A program made the position numbers and the translations under genes. Under the pieces are notes generated by a model that was not told the origin of the DNA, made no database searches, and saw only the letters and a list, made by a program, of their open reading frames with translations. Positions 1-10,090 of a stretch of 64,000 nucleotides of DNA are shown here, one piece after another. The stretch covers positions 64,001 through 128,000 of the forward strand of contig OZ219918.1 of assembly GCA_964291415.2 (NCBI GenBank), in the 5' to 3' direction. Numbering within the stretch: position 1 is the stretch's first letter; the number at the start of each line of letters is the position of its first letter. The stretch comes from Alphaproteobacteria bacterium (GTDB lineage: Bacteria; Pseudomonadota; Alphaproteobacteria; SP197).

Positions 1-409
1 CCTTGATGCTGTTCGCTGTGTCGTTGCGGAGCCTTTGTTCGAGGGCTTCCGCGTCAACAGCCCTTCGCGGACGTCCGGGCAGGACCTCGACCTCGAGCCC
101 CAGCACTTCGGCCATGCCTCCCCAGGTGACGGCAAAGAGACCGCTCTCCAGGACGAGAACCTTGTCGCCTGCGCTCAGGCAGTTGGTGAGGGCCGCTTCC
201 CAGGCGCCGTGACCGTTGGCGGCGTAGATGTAGGCCTGCCCCTCGGTTTTCAGCACCGCGCGCAGGCCTTCCAGGCAGTTCCGGGTGACCTCCAGCAACT
301 CGCCGTCGTAGATGTCGACGGCCGGACGGTGCATGGCGGCAAGCACCCGGTCCGGGACGGTGGTGGGGCCTGGTATGCTCAGAAACTCGCGGCCGTTGCG
401 AACGCGCAT
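1..409 (-). CDS. Class V PLP-dependent aminotransferase (serine/alanine-glyoxylate aminotransferase-like), 3' end runs off the window
   Basis: Own translation from ATG 409: MRVRNGREFLSIPGPT...YAANGHGAWEAALTN...GDKVLV; GGAGAGG RBS upstream; not in the ORF track because the stop is outside the window. Confidence 0.85.
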   Translation of the reverse strand, partial: MRVRNGREFLSIPGPTTVPDRVLAAMHRPAVDIYDGELLEVTRNCLEGLRAVLKTEGQAYIYAANGHGAWEAALTNCLSAGDKVLVLESGLFAVTWGGMAEVLGLEVEVLPGRPRRAVDAEALEQRLRNDTANSIK

Positions 410-510
410 GATGAGCCCCTCTCCGTTCGAGAACGCTGCGGGCGAACGCCGAGCCTATCATGGCCTCCCGGAGAGGTCAGGATGGTGCCGCGAGGGGGCT
501 AACGGCCGGT

Positions 511-1302
511 CTATTCCGGAGCCGGAAGGAGTTCCCGAAACTGTCGAATGTTCCGAGCTTCGTTTCCCTCCACCTGCTCGAGATGCCCGGACCTCACGAT
601 GAAGTAGAACGTTTCCTCGTGCATGCACCCCGAGGGGCAGTCGCCCCAGGCGTTGCGCATCGCCACATGCCACGTATCACCATCCTTGGCCGCCAGGATG
701 TCGGGGCCGTCTCCCAGAAACCAGTCGAGCTCCACGTCCCGGACACCGTCGATGGCCGCATAAGCCTCCCGGGCTGCACGCATGTTGACGAGCTTGCTGC
801 AAGACACGATGACCATGGAGGAACGAGGATAGGCCTTGGCCCTGTGAAGGCCGATCCCGGCATTGAGTTCATCGAAGGCCGCATGACCGGTCCGCGGCAG
901 GGGCTCACCAGTCCCGTTCTGCCAGCGCTCGATGACGGCATCGAGAAGGTCGCCTTCCAGATGGAGAATGAACCGGGCAGGCGCGTACCGCCGCCGAGCG
1001 GAAATCTCGTTCATGCGAGGATGACGATTCCGGATCTGCGTCAGGACGAGATCGATTGTCCGGCCCAGTTCCTGAAGCCTCGGATTGTCCATCATCAAGT
1101 CATCGGTCATCGCCTGGTGAAGGCGTGTGGCCAGAATCATCGCGTCTTCGGACACGCCCGTGTCGAATGAAGAGACGGCGATCTGGGAGGAATCATCCGA
1201 GCCGATGGCCAAAGCAACAAAGGGAAAACCGCCAGGCGTGGCAAGACCCGCAACGCTGCCTGCGATAAACGCCAGCAATGTCACGAGACGCAATTGATGC
1301 AT
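511..1302 (-). CDS. Hypothetical, probably exported protein with a WGDCPSGC motif
   Basis: ORF 511..1449; ATG 1302 gives a signal-peptide-like N-terminus (MHQLRLVTLLAFIAG); CxxxC motif near the C-terminus. Confidence 0.55.
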   Translation of the reverse strand: MHQLRLVTLLAFIAGSVAGLATPGGFPFVALAIGSDDSSQIAVSSFDTGVSEDAMILATRLHQAMTDDLMMDNPRLQELGRTIDLVLTQIRNRHPRMNEISARRRYAPARFILHLEGDLLDAVIERWQNGTGEPLPRTGHAAFDELNAGIGLHRAKAYPRSSMVIVSCSKLVNMRAAREAYAAIDGVRDVELDWFLGDGPDILAAKDGDTWHVAMRNAWGDCPSGCMHEETFYFIVRSGHLEQVEGNEARNIRQFRELLPAPE

Positions 1303-1642
1303 CCACCGCGCATGCGCAGGGAAACGACGCACCTGCAAGGCTGGATCATTGTGCTGCACGTGATTGCGTTGCCTCCCCTGCAGGGCCAGGAGGCCCTGTC
1401 CTGTATCGACACGACACCCGGGGGAAGCACTGTACGGCATGTGAGCCAAAGCCTTGAGGGATCGTTCGACACCAGGAGAAATCCCGGAAAGCAGAACGAC
1501 CGGAGTTGAAGCTGCCGGTCAACGGCCTGCCGGAGACCATTGCGGAGCGTGAATTGAACTCGTTGGCCGTGGCGTCGATAGTACCGCGGCGTTTCAGACA
1601 GCCTGGGGATGCGGCCATGAGTGTACGCCCGGACCAGCGGTA

Positions 1643-3367
1643 ATGGTCTCCGGAACGGGTCTCATCGTACGCATTGTCTCGGTCACGGTGCTCGGGCTTG
1701 TGACGGGGGTGCTGGCGTCGCTGGCAACCGTCGTCTTTCTCCAGGCCATCGAACTGATGAACGACTGGTTCCTCATTTCGTCGGACAGACGGGCCGCGGC
1801 CGCGGGCACCGACTGGCTCGTCGTCGCTACCATCGCCGTGCCTGCGCTCGGTGGCCTCGTGGTCGGGCTGGTCACCCGGAAGATTCCGGGGAAGAGAGCA
1901 GGCGGGCCCCAGGATGTCATCGAGGCAGTGCATGTCACCGACAGCCGGATGGCGCCCCGGTCGGGTTTCCTGTCGGCCGCGGCAAGCCTGCTGTCTCTCG
2001 GAACGGGCGCCTCGGTCGGACACTACGGCCCCCTGGTCCATCTCGGGGCCACCTTGGGGTCTCTCGTCGGTTTCAACGGCGCGGTGAGTACGTGGACGAT
2101 CAGGGTGGGGGTCGCCTGTGGTGTGGCGTCCGCCATCGCAGCGGCGTTCAATGCGCCCATCGCCGGGATCATCTTCGCTCACGAGGTGATTCTCCGGCAC
2201 TATTCCCTGCGCGCCTTTGCTCCGGTCACCGTGGCGGCCACGGCAAGCCACGTCATCGTGACGGTCGTCTTTGCCCACCCGCCTCTCTTCGAGGTGGCTC
2301 CCGTCAGCATCGGTCATGTGGGCGAATACCCGGGCTTCATCATCATCGGCATCCTCGCCGCCCTTGTCGCCGTCGCCTACATGAGGGCGATTCTCGTCAG
2401 CCAGACGCTCGGAGAGCGCCTGCCGATCCCTTCCTGTCTCAAGCCCATGGCGGCGGGTGCGGTTCTGGGCATCGCCGCCCTGTGGCTTCCCGGGATCCTG
2501 GGAACCGGAACGGACACCATGAGGCTGGCCGTCGTCGACGGCGCCTTCGGTTCAACCGAACTGGCCACGCTTCTCGTTGCCAAGATCCTGGCGACGGCGC
2601 TGTGCCTGGGGTGCGGTTTCGCCGGAGGCGTCTTCAGCCCGGCCCTGTTCGTCGGCATCTTCTTTGGCGCCCTTGCCGGCGATGCCGCCTTCCTGGTGTT
2701 CGGAGACCTTCGCTCCGATGTCTCCGTCTACGCGATCTGCGGCATGATGGCGGTGGCCAGCGCCGTCATCGGTGCGCCACTTGCCACGATCCTCATCGTC
2801 TTCGAACTGACACGCAACTATGACCTCACCACGGCAACCATGGTGAGCGTGGTCTTCTCCAATGTCGTCTGCTACCGGATGTTCGGCCGGTCCATCTTCG
2901 ACGTCCAGTTGCGCCAGCGCGGGTTCGACCTGTCACTCGGCCGTGATCAGGTGATGGCCGGCAACATGCTGATCGACCCCCATGTCAGCCGCGACTTCAC
3001 GGCACTCGAACCCGACACGACGCCCGAAGCGGCCATGGCACGCCTCGTCGAGACCCATCATCACGAGGCCTATGTGCTCGATGGTCGCGGAATCATCGTC
3101 GGCAGGGTGAGATTTGATGATCTGGTTGAAAGTTCCAGGCAGGCGACGACCATCGCCGAACTCGTGCTTCCGACCGGGCTCGTGCTCACGGCGGGCATGT
3201 CCATTCGCGACGCCATGGAACGTATCCGCCGGACAGGTGACGCCAGCATTCCGGTGGTGACGGCCGACGAGCCGGCCGCCATGCTCGGCACCGTGACGGA
3301 AGCGGATCTCGCCAGGGCCTTTCTCGACATGGCGAGCGGGATCCGCCGGGAAGAACACGCTTCGTGA
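1643..3367 (+). CDS. ClC chloride-channel family protein with C-terminal CBS pair (gating Glu replaced)
   Basis: Motifs GASVGHYGP, AAFNAPIAG, GGVFSPALFVG, FELT; hydrophilic CBS-like C-terminus. Confidence 0.9.
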   Translation: MVSGTGLIVRIVSVTVLGLVTGVLASLATVVFLQAIELMNDWFLISSDRRAAAAGTDWLVVATIAVPALGGLVVGLVTRKIPGKRAGGPQDVIEAVHVTDSRMAPRSGFLSAAASLLSLGTGASVGHYGPLVHLGATLGSLVGFNGAVSTWTIRVGVACGVASAIAAAFNAPIAGIIFAHEVILRHYSLRAFAPVTVAATASHVIVTVVFAHPPLFEVAPVSIGHVGEYPGFIIIGILAALVAVAYMRAILVSQTLGERLPIPSCLKPMAAGAVLGIAALWLPGILGTGTDTMRLAVVDGAFGSTELATLLVAKILATALCLGCGFAGGVFSPALFVGIFFGALAGDAAFLVFGDLRSDVSVYAICGMMAVASAVIGAPLATILIVFELTRNYDLTTATMVSVVFSNVVCYRMFGRSIFDVQLRQRGFDLSLGRDQVMAGNMLIDPHVSRDFTALEPDTTPEAAMARLVETHHHEAYVLDGRGIIVGRVRFDDLVESSRQATTIAELVLPTGLVLTAGMSIRDAMERIRRTGDASIPVVTADEPAAMLGTVTEADLARAFLDMASGIRREEHAS

Positions 3368-3407
3368 GACAACGGCATGCCGTCCGCGCGGTCTCGCGTG
3401 TCCAGAG

Positions 3408-4436
3408 TCAACACCTGGACATGTCGGCGGGCGACAGGTCCTCGCCGTATGCCGATCTGAGGTCGTCATAGTAGAGCCTCAGGCCCCGTGAGATCGGGTA
3501 GGGCTGCGGCATGTCGAGCCAGGCGCGCAGCATAAGGCGCCCGCGGCCCTCTCCAGGGTCATCCGTGAAGGCGTTTCGGGCGTGCAGCGTGTTGTAGTTG
3601 TTGATGAAGTAGGCCTCCCCCTCGTTCAGAGCGAGTGTCAGGACGATGTCCTCGCGTTCGCACGTGCGGGTGAAGAGGTCGAGGGCTTCCTCCGCGGCGC
3701 CGGTCAGCAAGGTGCCGGCAAGCTCCGCCGCCTCGCGGATCTGGGGAGGCAGGTGGCAGACCGAGATCCGCCCGTCGTTCCAGGAGAGGACCGGAACGTC
3801 GTAGTCGCTGTAGCCCTTGGTGGGCCGGTCAGGAGGTTCTTCCCCCCAGCCGACCGGAAACCCCTTCAGGAGCGGCTCGAGAAGGTCGGCCCGGGACGCC
3901 CGGATTTCGTCGTGGATGGTGAACGCGCTCGCCAGCCTCGATTCTCCGCCCTCGCTGGCTCTGCGTACGCACAGCATGCCGAGAACGGCTTCCATGTCGG
4001 TATGCAGGACCTGCCGGCCAGCCCTCTCGTAGCCTCTGAGTTCAAGGATCCGCTCCGGGCGGTAGGCGACGAAGCCGATGCGCTCCCGCCGCTTGCTCTG
4101 GCTGAGCAAGCGGCCCATGCGGCAGCAGAATGCACGGTACACGAGTGCGATGGTGTGCTCGTCGTGGTCCCTGACCGGGAAGCCGCGCACGACGGCCATG
4201 CCGCGGCCATCCATCAGTTCAGTCGCGAGGCCACTCATGATCCCGTCCAGACCGGTCAGACATACGTCCTCGCGGCAGACAGGGTCGGGCAGGGTCCCGC
4301 CGCCGTCGCGCCATGGGGCGATGGCGGCTTCAAGGATGGCGATGTCGCGACCGGTGAGGTCCACGCAGAGTTCGTCCGGCGAAGCAAAGTCATCCGGCCG
4401 CCAGGCAGAAGGGTGACGCGTGTCAGTGCCGTTCAT
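3408..4436 (-). CDS. TauD/TfdA (clavaminate synthase-like) Fe(II)/2-oxoglutarate dioxygenase
   Basis: HxD (LHTD) ... LHAR ... R motif pattern, GGES, NNY. Confidence 0.85.
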   Translation of the reverse strand: MNGTDTRHPSAWRPDDFASPDELCVDLTGRDIAILEAAIAPWRDGGGTLPDPVCREDVCLTGLDGIMSGLATELMDGRGMAVVRGFPVRDHDEHTIALVYRAFCCRMGRLLSQSKRRERIGFVAYRPERILELRGYERAGRQVLHTDMEAVLGMLCVRRASEGGESRLASAFTIHDEIRASRADLLEPLLKGFPVGWGEEPPDRPTKGYSDYDVPVLSWNDGRISVCHLPPQIREAAELAGTLLTGAAEEALDLFTRTCEREDIVLTLALNEGEAYFINNYNTLHARNAFTDDPGEGRGRLMLRAWLDMPQPYPISRGLRLYYDDLRSAYGEDLSPADMSRC

Positions 4437-4483
4437 GTCCGGTTCCCGGATGACAGGGGGCCATCGTCCGGCGGAGGACGGGG

Positions 4484-6274
4484 TCAGGGCGGTTCATGCC
4501 ACCAGGCCCAGATGTCGCTGCCGTAAAGTACCGGTCGTTGCGGCCGCCTGAGCGAAGACCAGTAGGCCACGAGATCCTCCGTGCGATGGTAGAGGGGAAG
4601 GACATGGCGGCCCCACATCAGGACGCGGTCGAGTGCCCGGGCGGCGGCTTCGAGGTCTTCCCTTGATCGGGCGTCCGAGAGAGACGAGATGATCGAATCA
4701 AGCACCGGACTGCGGATGCCGGCGTAGTTCCGGCTTCCCTCGTCATCCGCTGCATTGCTTCCCCAATAGATCCACTGCTCATTGCCCGGTGACAGCGAGA
4801 CACCCCAGCGCCAGACGAGGGCGTCAAAGTCGAACTGCCGCATGCGGTTGCGGTGCTGCGCGGCATCGACCGTCCGCATGACCGGACGAATGCCGAGACG
4901 CTCGAGGTTGGCGAACCAGGCAAGGAAGATCCGTTCCTCCCGGGGGTCGTTGAGCAGCAGTTCAAAGGTGAGCGGCTCACCCGTCGCTTCACTGACCAGG
5001 ACACCGTCGCGCAGGACGTAACCCGCCTCCTGCAGCAGGCGGGTCGCCTCCTTCAGGCGCTGGCGCAGGGTGCCTTCGGCCGGTGACCAGGGCTCTTCGA
5101 ATACGATGGATTCCAGTTGGTCCCGCCACGGTTCGAGAAGGGCGCGTTCCCCTCCCGCTGCGACGCCACGTGCCCGGAGTGTGGAGCTGTCGAAGAGACT
5201 TGTCGTGCGCGTGTACTGGCCGTGGAGCAGGTTCTCGTTGATCCAGTCGAAATCAAGGGCGAGCCCCAGGGCGTCGCGCACCCGGACATCGTCGAATGGC
5301 GCCCTTCTGTGGTTCCACGCGACGGCGTAGAGACCTGACGGGCGCCCACTTGCAACGGAGGCCATGATGATGCGGCCGTCGTCACGCGCCGGGACATCAT
5401 AGCCGGTGACCCAGCGCCTGCTGTCGCCCTCGAAGCGTATGTTGGCATCGCCGGCCAGGAACGCCTGGTGCGCGACGTTGGAATCCCGGTACCAGGTGTA
5501 CGTGATCGTGTCGAAATTGTAGCGGCCGACGCTTTGCGGCAGGTCACGGCCCCAGTAGTCCGGATCACGCCGGTAGATGACGCGATGTCCCGGATCGATG
5601 GTGTCGACCCGATAGGGGCCTGTCCCGACCGGGATCTCGAGGCTGGTCCCGGTGAATGCCACGGTCTCGAAGTACCTCTTCGAAAGGACCGGCATGAGAC
5701 CCAGGAGAAGGGGAAGTTCCCAGTTGTCCCCCCTGAGATCGAAGGAAACGGCAAGCGGGCCAAGTTTGCGGGCGCTCGTGACACCCGAGAAATAGGTCTG
5801 CGTGTGGGGACGGCCGTCGTTGAGCAGGGCGTCGAAGGTGAAGAGCACGTCATCGGCCGTCACTTGCGTTCCATCATGGAAACGGGCGCGCGGATCCAGG
5901 TGGAAGACGATTCTCGTCCGGTCATCGGCGATGTCGATGGCCCGTGCCACCTGAGGGTAGAGCGTGAACGGCTCGTCGGGAGATCGATAGAGCAGCGACT
6001 GAAAGACAAGCGCCTTGAGGCCGCTCGCGGGAAGTCCCTGGATGATGTAGGGATTCATGCTGTCGAACGTGCCGACGACGGCAAGGCTCAGGTCCCCGCC
6101 CTTGCGCGCCTCCGGATCGACCCAGGGAAGGTGGGCCCGAGGGCCGTCGGGAAAGACCTCGTCGCCGTGCATCGAGAGGGCGTAAACCTCTTCTGCGCCC
6201 GCAGGCGCGATGGCGGGGCCGGAAAGGAGCGCGATCGCTGTGGTGACAAGCGCTCCTGCGAGAAGGCGGTGCAT
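4484..6274 (-). CDS. ABC transporter family 5 extracellular solute-binding protein (YejA-like)
   Basis: Signal peptide from ATG 6274; GTFDSMNP, ARFHDG, GTGPY, DYWG, FDDVRVRDAL, SPGNEQ motifs. Confidence 0.9.
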   Translation of the reverse strand: MHRLLAGALVTTAIALLSGPAIAPAGAEEVYALSMHGDEVFPDGPRAHLPWVDPEARKGGDLSLAVVGTFDSMNPYIIQGLPASGLKALVFQSLLYRSPDEPFTLYPQVARAIDIADDRTRIVFHLDPRARFHDGTQVTADDVLFTFDALLNDGRPHTQTYFSGVTSARKLGPLAVSFDLRGDNWELPLLLGLMPVLSKRYFETVAFTGTSLEIPVGTGPYRVDTIDPGHRVIYRRDPDYWGRDLPQSVGRYNFDTITYTWYRDSNVAHQAFLAGDANIRFEGDSRRWVTGYDVPARDDGRIIMASVASGRPSGLYAVAWNHRRAPFDDVRVRDALGLALDFDWINENLLHGQYTRTTSLFDSSTLRARGVAAGGERALLEPWRDQLESIVFEEPWSPAEGTLRQRLKEATRLLQEAGYVLRDGVLVSEATGEPLTFELLLNDPREERIFLAWFANLERLGIRPVMRTVDAAQHRNRMRQFDFDALVWRWGVSLSPGNEQWIYWGSNAADDEGSRNYAGIRSPVLDSIISSLSDARSREDLEAAARALDRVLMWGRHVLPLYHRTEDLVAYWSSLRRPQRPVLYGSDIWAWWHEPP

Positions 6275-6445
6275 GGCAGGCTCGGTCTGGCTGTCCGAAT
6301 CGTCATCAACGGCGCCGTCGACGCAACAGGTTTCTGGGCGGCGAACGACATGTGTGCCGCGGGGCCGATGGCCTGGCGCTTCGCTCATCAACCTATCGCA
6401 GATATGTGTACAGCCGAACGGGACTTCGAACTGCAGGGAGGAAGC

Positions 6446-6673
6446 ATGACGGAACGTAGCGCTCTGCTTGGGCGCATCACGGCTCGCCCCGATGTCCTCG
6501 GCGGCAAACCCATCATCCGTGACATGCGGATCCCGGTGGAACTCGTCCTGAGCCTGCTGGCTCAGGGCGTGACGCCGGAAGACATCCTGGACGATTATCC
6601 CGACCTGGAGCTGGAAGATATCCGCGCCTGCCTGACCTACGCACACGCGGTCATCGCCAGCGACATCCAGTAG
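6446..6673 (+). CDS. DUF433 domain protein (antitoxin-like), orphan
   Basis: RITARPDVLGGKPIIRDMRIPVE...ILDDYPDL; GGAGG RBS. Confidence 0.85.
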   Translation: MTERSALLGRITARPDVLGGKPIIRDMRIPVELVLSLLAQGVTPEDILDDYPDLELEDIRACLTYAHAVIASDIQ

Positions 6674-6835
6674 GTCGCGACCGTCGCCGAACCATGCGAC
6701 TCCTTGATGATCGGTGCGCCGGCTGACTCCTTGCCACCACGAGGCAAGACGCGCCAGCGGACATGTTTCCGCTCTGTGGGGACTGTGCCACAGTACCAAC
6801 ATGGAAGACCCATCCAACAGGAGGACCATGACGCG

Positions 6836-7930
6836 ATGAAAAGAAGAACATTCATCCGGACAGCCGCCACGGCGGCGCTCGGCGCCGCTGCCGCGCCCCT
6901 CGCGGCTCCGGCCGTCGCCCAGGGGATCACCCAGTGGACCATGGTGACGGCCTGGCCAAGAAACCTGCCGGGCCCGGGTGTGGCCGCGCAGATGCTGGCT
7001 GACAGGATCACGGAGCTGAGCGGCGGCAGGCTGACCGTCGAACTTCATGCCGCAGGCGAACTCGTGCCGGGACGCGGTGTCTTCGATGCGGTGTCGGAGG
7101 GCACCGCCGACCTCTACCACGCCGTGCCCGCCTACTGGGGTTCGAAGTCGAAGGGCATCCTGCTCTTCGGGTCGCAGCCATTCGGCCTGCGTGCCGACGA
7201 GCAGGTGGGCTGGCTCGTCCACGGCCAGGGCCAGTCGCTCTATGACGAGATGTACGCCCGGTTCAATCTCAAGCCCTTCCTTGCCGGCAACTCCGGTCCG
7301 CAGTGGGCGGGTTGGTTTCGTGACGAGATCGGGTCCGTCGACGACCTTCGCGGTCTGCGCTACCGCACCACCGGCCTTGCCTCCGAGATGTGTGCGAAGC
7401 TCGGTATGGCGGTCCAGGCCATGGGCGGCAGGGACATGTTCCAGGCGATGCAGTCGGGCGCCCTCGATGCCGGCGAATTCGTCGGTCCGTGGACGGACTC
7501 GGCCCTTGGATACTACCAGATCGCCCGGAACTACTACTGGCCGGGTGTGGGCGAGCCCTCCTCGGCCGAGGAGTGCGTCATCAACCTCGAGTCTTACAAC
7601 GCACTCGAGCCCGGCCTGCAGCTCGCCGTCGAGGCGGCGTGCAAGTCGCTCTACAACGATGTCTGGACGGAGTATCTCACGAAGCACGCCCTGGCGCTCG
7701 AGAGCCTCGTGAACGACCACGGCGTGGTGCCGCGAATGCTTCCCGAAAGCGTGATCGTCGCGATGGGTAACGCCGCCGGGGAGGTCATGGCCGAACTGCG
7801 CGACGACCAGGATGATCTCGTGCGGCGTATCGTCGAGAGCTTTCTCGCCTACAGGGAGAGCGTGGCAGCGTACATGGTTCATGCCGACAACGCGCAGATG
7901 AACGCGCGCGCTCTCGACTACACCTACTGA
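6836..7930 (+). CDS. dctP: TRAP transporter substrate-binding protein (DctP/TakP type) with Tat signal
   Basis: MKRRTFI Tat motif, APAVAQ, VFDAVS.G, YYWPG; AGGAGG RBS. Confidence 0.9.
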   Translation: MKRRTFIRTAATAALGAAAAPLAAPAVAQGITQWTMVTAWPRNLPGPGVAAQMLADRITELSGGRLTVELHAAGELVPGRGVFDAVSEGTADLYHAVPAYWGSKSKGILLFGSQPFGLRADEQVGWLVHGQGQSLYDEMYARFNLKPFLAGNSGPQWAGWFRDEIGSVDDLRGLRYRTTGLASEMCAKLGMAVQAMGGRDMFQAMQSGALDAGEFVGPWTDSALGYYQIARNYYWPGVGEPSSAEECVINLESYNALEPGLQLAVEAACKSLYNDVWTEYLTKHALALESLVNDHGVVPRMLPESVIVAMGNAAGEVMAELRDDQDDLVRRIVESFLAYRESVAAYMVHADNAQMNARALDYTY

Positions 7931-7937
7931 CGGCCCA

Positions 7938-7969
7938 GGCAACCGGACGCCATCGGGCGTCCGGTTGCC
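7938..7969 (+). other. Perfect 14-bp stem-loop between dctP and dctQ (probable mRNA-stabilising or attenuating hairpin)
   Basis: GGCAACCGGACGCC-ATCG-GGCGTCCGGTTGCC; no U-tract. Confidence 0.65.
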
Positions 7970-7982
7970 GATCCGGGACGCC

Positions 7983-8501
7983 ATGGAAGCTCTCGCCGAT
8001 CTCCTCGACCGGATCAACAGGACCACGGGTCTCGTCATCCGATGGTGCGCGGTGGCCATGGTGGCTCTTCAGTTTGTCATCGTCCTGCTGCGCTATGTCT
8101 TCGGCATCAGCTTCATCTTCCTCGACGAGGGCGTTCTCTATCTTCACTGCATGATCTTCATGCTCGGCGCGGGTTACACGCTCCTCGTCAACGGTCATGT
8201 CCGCGTCGACATCTTCTATTCCCGCCTGTCGCTCTCAGGCCGGGCGCGCATCGATGTTCTTGGCGCCATGCTCGCCCTGTTGCCCGGTGTCGCCGCCATT
8301 GCCTGGTTCACGCTGCCCTTCGTGGCGAACAGCTGGAAGAATCTCGACGGCGCGATCTCGGTTGGCGGCATTCCGGCGACGTTCCTGCTCAAGACGCTGA
8401 TCCCCGCCTTTTGCGTCCTGCTCTTCCTGCAGGGTCTGTCCTGTCTTCTGCGTGATGTCCTCCGATTGCGCCTCGGGGGCAGCAAGGCGAGGACCGGGTG
8501 A
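7983..8501 (+). CDS. dctQ: TRAP transporter small permease
   Basis: LRYVF, HVRVDIFY motif, 4 TM segments. Confidence 0.9.
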   Translation: MEALADLLDRINRTTGLVIRWCAVAMVALQFVIVLLRYVFGISFIFLDEGVLYLHCMIFMLGAGYTLLVNGHVRVDIFYSRLSLSGRARIDVLGAMLALLPGVAAIAWFTLPFVANSWKNLDGAISVGGIPATFLLKTLIPAFCVLLFLQGLSCLLRDVLRLRLGGSKARTG

Positions 8502-10054
8502 TCATCGCGGAATCGCTCGACCTCCTCATGGTCGCCGTCCTGATGGGCGCGATCCTGGCGGGATATCCGGTCACCTTCACACTGTTCGGCGTGGCGTTCG
8601 CGTTTGCCCTCATCGGCGGGCTGACCGGGCAATTTGACAGCGGACTGCTCGGTGCCCTGGCCCAGCGAATCTACGGAATCATGACCAATTCGGTGCTGAT
8701 CGCCATTCCGATGTTCATCTTCATGGGTGCCGTGCTCGAGAAGAGCCGCATCGCCGAAGATCTGCTCACCAGGATGGGCACACTGTTTGGAACGGTGCAC
8801 GGCGGCCTTGCCGTTTCGGTGGTCCTGATCGGCGCGCTGCTCGCCGCCTCGACCGGAATCGTCGGCGCCACGGTCGTCGCCATCGGACTGATCGCGCTGC
8901 CGACGATGCTGCGCGCCGGTTACGACACGAGACTGGCGGCGGGGACCGTGACCACGGCCGGCACGCTGGGACAGATCATTCCTCCGTCGACCCTGCTCAT
9001 CATTCTCTCCGATGTCATGTCCAACGCCTACCAGCAGGCGCAGTTCGAAAAGGGCTCGTTCACGGTCAGCACCATCAGCGTTGGCCAGACCTTTGCCGCC
9101 ACCCTGCTTCCCGGACTGGTGCTTGTCGCACTCTACATCGTCTTCATCCTGGGCGTTGCCCGGCTCAGGCCATCCGCCGCGCCGCCGCTTGCCGAACCAC
9201 GGGGAGCCGCAGGTGACATTCTGAAGGTGCTCCTGCCGCCCATTCTCCTGATCGTCGCCGTTCTGGGGTCCATTCTCGGCGGTGTCGCCACCCCGACCGA
9301 GGCGGCGTCGGTCGGGGCCATCGGCGCGGTCCTGCTGGCGGCCTTCCGTTTGGGAAGCGCCCGTCTGAAGCGCTGGATCTTCATCGCCGGAGGTGCGTTT
9401 CTGACCCTGGCGCTCCTCGCCGGGCTGGCGCCCGTGCGCCTGCAGCGGCACGATCTCGAAGTCGGCGACTGGGCCCTCGGCGCCCTCGGAATCGCCCTTG
9501 CCGCCATCGCTCTCCCCGTGCTCGGCCGCTCCTTTCTTGTCACCGGACGCTCGGGCCACCTCGGCGGGGCCGCGACCGGCACGCTGACGATCAGCGCCAT
9601 GATCTTCGGCACCATCATCGGCGCCAGCGTTTTCGCCCTGGTGTTCCGTGGCCTCGGCGGCGATGACCGGATCGAGGAGCTGCTGTCTCTCATGCCCGGC
9701 GGCGCCGACGGCGCTCTCGTCTTCGTCATGATCCTGATCTTCCTCTTGGGCTTCATTCTCGACTTTGTCGAAATCTCGGTGATCCTGCTTCCCATCGTCG
9801 CGCCGGCGCTCATTCTCATGGGGCATGATCCGATCTGGCTCTCGGTCCTCATCGCCATCAACCTGCAGACGAGCTTCCTGACGCCGCCCTTCGGCTTCTC
9901 CCTCTTCTACCTGCGCGGCGCGGCGCCGCCGGAAGTCACCACAGGCGCGATCTACAGCGGCGTCCTCCCGTTCATCGGCCTGCAGGCCCTTGGCGTCGCT
10001 GCGGTCTGGTTCATGCCATCCCTGGCGACCGCGCTTCCCGATTGGCTTTTCTGA
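8498..10054 (+). CDS. dctM: TRAP transporter large permease
   Basis: AIPMFIFMG, GTLGQIIPPS, ATPTEAA, SFLTPPFGFSLFYL. Confidence 0.92.
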   Translation: MIIAESLDLLMVAVLMGAILAGYPVTFTLFGVAFAFALIGGLTGQFDSGLLGALAQRIYGIMTNSVLIAIPMFIFMGAVLEKSRIAEDLLTRMGTLFGTVHGGLAVSVVLIGALLAASTGIVGATVVAIGLIALPTMLRAGYDTRLAAGTVTTAGTLGQIIPPSTLLIILSDVMSNAYQQAQFEKGSFTVSTISVGQTFAATLLPGLVLVALYIVFILGVARLRPSAAPPLAEPRGAAGDILKVLLPPILLIVAVLGSILGGVATPTEAASVGAIGAVLLAAFRLGSARLKRWIFIAGGAFLTLALLAGLAPVRLQRHDLEVGDWALGALGIALAAIALPVLGRSFLVTGRSGHLGGAATGTLTISAMIFGTIIGASVFALVFRGLGGDDRIEELLSLMPGGADGALVFVMILIFLLGFILDFVEISVILLPIVAPALILMGHDPIWLSVLIAINLQTSFLTPPFGFSLFYLRGAAPPEVTTGAIYSGVLPFIGLQALGVAAVWFMPSLATALPDWLF

Positions 10055-10090
10055 TGGATTCCAGGGCGGCCGCGCCCCCTGGTGCCGACA

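Noticed and set aside
4484-8059. 1191-aa minus-strand ORF
   Set aside because: Only 4484-6274 is a real gene; the extension is the antisense shadow of dctP and DUF433 in GC-rich DNA.
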